Shown here: positions 61,328-64,000 of the stretch, piece after piece
Layout of the letters: each line of letters starts with the position of its first letter
How positions within the stretch are numbered: position 1 is the stretch's first letter
Source of the DNA: an uncultured Verrucomicrobiota bacterium
GTDB taxonomy: Bacteria > Auribacterota > JABMQX01
DNA length: 64,000 nt
NCBI GenBank assembly: GCA_964482435.1
Contig: CAYZXL010000002.1
Location: forward strand, 19,083 to 83,082
Direction: 5' to 3'
Translations under genes and position numbers: made by a program
Notes under the pieces: model-generated
Database searches by the model: none
The model's input: only the letters and a program-made list of their open reading frames with translations
What the model was told of the DNA's origin: nothing

Positions 61328-61857
61328 ATGAATGGGAGCACTTAGCGCACGAGGCTTCAGTGCTTGCACCCTCAACAAGGCCATAATTCCTTGTTGCGGA
61401 GCGCCTCTGGAGACGCGATTGAGACCCAGAACAACAGAAACGACACACAGAGAAAGGCTCAACTGAAGGGCCGCTCACGCAGAATGCCCACCCCCGCGTC
61501 ACGACCGCTCTTCGCGCTTGAATCCCGCGCAATTGTGCGGAGATATTATCACCCGACCCCTGCAAAGCAACACCTTTCATCGCTCTGCTTGCCGCGCATA
61601 GCCGGGCCTCGCGGTGCGCCGGTCGAACTTCCAACCGCTTGATGTCGAACCGTCGTTCCACGGGCGGAGTAGGGGAGCCGTCTGCTTTTTTTCTCCGCAA
61701 CGCCAACCACAGCGGAGGAACTCATACATCCGAGCTTTCCCTCTCCGTGCTTGACCTCGCTCTTTGCCCACGCCCTCTTCCTGCCGGGGACTTCCCCGAA
61801 TGAACCGCCATTCGTGAAAACATCGCGCGAAGCATCCCGCGCCACACCCAACGGCAA

Positions 61858-62751
61858 TCATTCCTTTTCCTCGGTCACCTTCCTCCCTTTTTCCTCCGCG
61901 AGGTGGCGCAGTCTTTGAACCGCTTTGCCGCAGGTCTCCCTGCATGACTCGTCCGTCGCCCCGAACGCCATGACCTCCACCGGCATTCCCACATCGCTCT
62001 TGAACCCGCCGACGAGCGCCTTGACGTAGGTGCCGGGAATCTCCTGCATGACAGCCGTCATCAAAGGCGTCAGCTCGGACTCGTGCATCATGACGATCAG
62101 CCGGCGCGAACAGCTCCTATACCCCGTCGCCCTCTGCACAATATCGGCCACATGCTCGGCAAAGCACGCATAAACCTCCCGCGGCGGCCCGGGCATCGCA
62201 ACAATCTCCGTCTCTCCTTCTTGAATAATACTCACCGGCGACACACCCGCAGGATTCGGCAAAACCTTCGCCCCTTCAAGCGACGATGTTGAAATCGCAA
62301 AGTGCGGCGGAAGCTCTCCGACCGACACGTTTCTCTTCTTCGCGATGTACTCGAGGATGTCCGGCCTCTTCACGATCTTTCGCCCGGTAACCGCCGACAA
62401 AGCCTCTCGCGTCCTATCGTCTTCGGTGTGTCCCAATCCGCCCGTGACGAAGATGAACCTCGGCTTACGGCCGAGGGCATCCTTGATCACAGAACAGATG
62501 TCTCCTACATCGTCCCGGACGCAGACAATTCTCTGAACAAGAACTCCTCGCCGCGTCACCTGGTCCGCTATCCAGAAAGAGTTCGTATCGTAAACCCTCC
62601 CGTAACAAAGCTCATCTCCGATGGCCAAAATCTCTGCGCGCACGGAGGTCCCATCTCCTCTCTGAAGTCCGCTTGAGGACCAACCCCTGCCCGCCCATAG
62701 ACACGCTGCAATCGGCACAAGCCAGGCCAACAAATCAAGCACCTTCCTCAT
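61858..62751 (-). CDS. CinA-like molybdopterin-binding (MoCF_biosynth) domain protein
   Basis: 297-aa ORF. AEILAIGDELCYGRVYDTNSFWIA and PRFIFVTGGLGHTEDDRTREA match the CinA N-terminal domain. An alternative start is the GTG at 62643 (VRAEILAIGDE). Confidence 0.7.
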   Translation of the reverse strand: MRKVLDLLAWLVPIAACLWAGRGWSSSGLQRGDGTSVRAEILAIGDELCYGRVYDTNSFWIADQVTRRGVLVQRIVCVRDDVGDICSVIKDALGRKPRFIFVTGGLGHTEDDRTREALSAVTGRKIVKRPDILEYIAKKRNVSVGELPPHFAISTSSLEGAKVLPNPAGVSPVSIIQEGETEIVAMPGPPREVYACFAEHVADIVQRATGYRSCSRRLIVMMHESELTPLMTAVMQEIPGTYVKALVGGFKSDVGMPVEVMAFGATDESCRETCGKAVQRLRHLAEEKGRKVTEEKE

Positions 62752-63074
62752 AAACCGCTCCTCTCTTGCCGAAAACTTCAGTCGGAAGTTGATGCGGCCA
62801 TTCTAACGTTTTCTCGGCCCCTTGTCTCCATGCACGCAACGGAATCCTACCGAGGAGAAACCGCTGCACCTTCGAGCCCCACTCAACGACGAGCACCCGA
62901 CCCCCGAACCAAACTCGCCTCGCCCGACAGAAACCGATTGATATGGCCCCACCGTTACACTAACATTCGGCAAAGTGTTCTCAAGTTGGGCTCTGGTCTC
63001 GTCGTCGCGAAGATGTCTCCGAAGTCGCATCCAGGCCCACGAGATGTCTCCAACCACTGTTTTTTCGGTGACCG

Positions 63075-64000
63075 GTGAACAGGCATAAAAGAACCCGCCT
63101 TTCGCTCCTTTTCGTCGTCGTCCTGGCAATTGGCGCCAGCCTATATGCGGCAAGCTCCCGTTCCACTTCTTCACACGAGAAGCCGCTCCGCCAATCTGCT
63201 TTCGACCGCGACCTCGATGCGGAAATCGCCCTTCTCAAGAAACATATCCACAAGGCAGCGGAGCCGACATCCGAGCTCCGCTTGACCCTTCAATCAACGG
63301 AGGGGTCAGCTTCTCGCATCGAACCCTTTCTGCGCCTCTACGCCATTTGGGACTTCACCGACTTCGCTCGCTGGGACGGACGGATACCGAACATCCTGAC
63401 TGAAATCCTTGCCTCGCAAAAAGCCTCGCCGCTTCTCAAAAGTCATTCTCTCTGGTTCTTGCGCGAAGCGGACTTGAGGCAGGGCAACCTCGACGCCGCC
63501 CGCCAGAAACAAGACCAACTCGGCTTCGTCACCGACTGGCTCATCATCGGCCCCTTCGACAACGAAGGAATGGCGGGATTCGACCTCGTCTATCCGCCCG
63601 AAGAGGAGACAAACCTCGCCGAGACCTACAACGGCAAGGAGCGGCCCGTCTCCTGGCGTCCGGCGCCGACCTGCCGCTGGGGCCTGGAGTCTCTCCGCGT
63701 CCAATCTAAGACAGATTCATCGCAACTTGACTCCGGCTCGCTCAGCAATCCGCCCAGTCCTGAGCGCGCTCCTATTCCGGCTGATTGCTATATTGACCTC
63801 GCAGCAATGCTCAGGCCCGACTCAAACACCGCCGCGTACGCTCTGTCGTTCGTCTTCTCGCCGGAATCCCAGCCCGTCGCCGTGCGCCTCGCTTCGGACG
63901 ATTGTGGCAAGGTCTGGGTTGCCAACCGCCTCGTCCTTTCCGACGGCGACCGGCATCTCATTGGATTCGACCAGGCAGTCGCCGCAGCCTTCCTGGAAAA
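63075..64000 (+). CDS. Membrane-anchored/secreted hypothetical protein, 5' partial view (runs off the window)
   Basis: This ORF is not in the ORF track because it has no stop within the window. The frame opens after the TGA at 63069..63071, and the first start is the GTG at 63075. The N-terminus VNRHKRTRLSLLFVVVLAIGASLYAASS is signal-anchor-like. The frame stays open for 308 codons to position 64000 and contains GFVTDWLIIGPFDNEGMAGF. Confidence 0.55.
   Translation, partial: MNRHKRTRLSLLFVVVLAIGASLYAASSRSTSSHEKPLRQSAFDRDLDAEIALLKKHIHKAAEPTSELRLTLQSTEGSASRIEPFLRLYAIWDFTDFARWDGRIPNILTEILASQKASPLLKSHSLWFLREADLRQGNLDAARQKQDQLGFVTDWLIIGPFDNEGMAGFDLVYPPEEETNLAETYNGKERPVSWRPAPTCRWGLESLRVQSKTDSSQLDSGSLSNPPSPERAPIPADCYIDLAAMLRPDSNTAAYALSFVFSPESQPVAVRLASDDCGKVWVANRLVLSDGDRHLIGFDQAVAAAFLE

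Noticed and set aside
61330-61857. Possible RNase P RNA or tmRNA in the long spacer. The minus strand contains GAGAGGGAAAGCUCGGA, GGCGCACC, CCCGGCUAU and ACGGUUCGACAUC.
   Set aside because: The RNase-P-like strings are only about 135 nt apart and cannot form P4 (AAGCUCGG versus CCCGGCUAU are not complementary). No GGGG...CCA acceptor pairing, tag ORF or T-arm with a 3' ACCA exists for a tmRNA. The resemblance is too fragmentary to call.
63306-63704. A 132-aa minus-strand ORF near the right edge.
   Set aside because: It lies antisense to a much longer open frame that has a plausible signal anchor. Its composition is shadow-like, and it has no start context.

Overview
This is a 64-kb chromosomal window, mostly about 55-60% GC by eye. 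It is densely coding, with about 40 genes. The gene content suggests an anaerobic or oxygen-stressed bacterium of PVC-superphylum-like style: Tat-signal Gfo/Idh/MocA oxidoreductases, xylose-isomerase-like TIM barrels, very large secreted beta-helix proteins and FG-GAP propellers. The taxonomy is inference only. All family calls come from motif recognition by eye; no searches were run.

Gene order from left to right:
- 144-2548: a three-gene sulfide-dependent homocysteine module (COG1900/DUF39, NIL-ferredoxin, UPF0280). It sits behind a strong promoter, a long leader and an attenuator-like hairpin.
- 2899-7311: an eIF-2B/MtnA-family isomerase, a 789-aa glycyl radical enzyme and its short activase.
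- 7455-19573: an S9 peptidase, a URO-D-like protein with an AmpG-like MFS transporter, a gluzincin peptidase, a tandem double-MBL hydrolase and a LamG-GH116 fusion.
- 20060-26147: a sugar isomerase / Gfo-Idh-MocA cluster.
- 26374-45718: a roughly 19-kb secreted-protein locus. It holds three paralogous beta-helix proteins (one split by a G6 homopolymer frameshift), a Tat protein, a DUF362 protein, a 10-blade FG-GAP protein, two tandem paralogs and another beta-helix protein. Four of these share a C-terminal roughly 60-aa module ending in FYR(V/I).
- 45796-55714: an aldo/keto reductase, a hypothetical protein, a small toxin-antitoxin-like islet with an internally stopped BrnT-like gene, a flavoprotein, an amidohydrolase and a large glycosidase-like protein.
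- 56165-58905: a perR-catalase-peroxiredoxin cassette, bracketed by tRNA-Asn-derived repeats next to an intact tRNA-Asn.
- 59584-64000: an orphan ABC permease behind about 800 nt of hairpin-rich non-coding DNA, a CinA-like gene, and a partial gene running off the window.

The best candidates for something new are the GRE locus, the tRNA-relic-flanked oxidative-stress cassette, and the secreted locus with the shared C-terminal module and the homopolymer switch.
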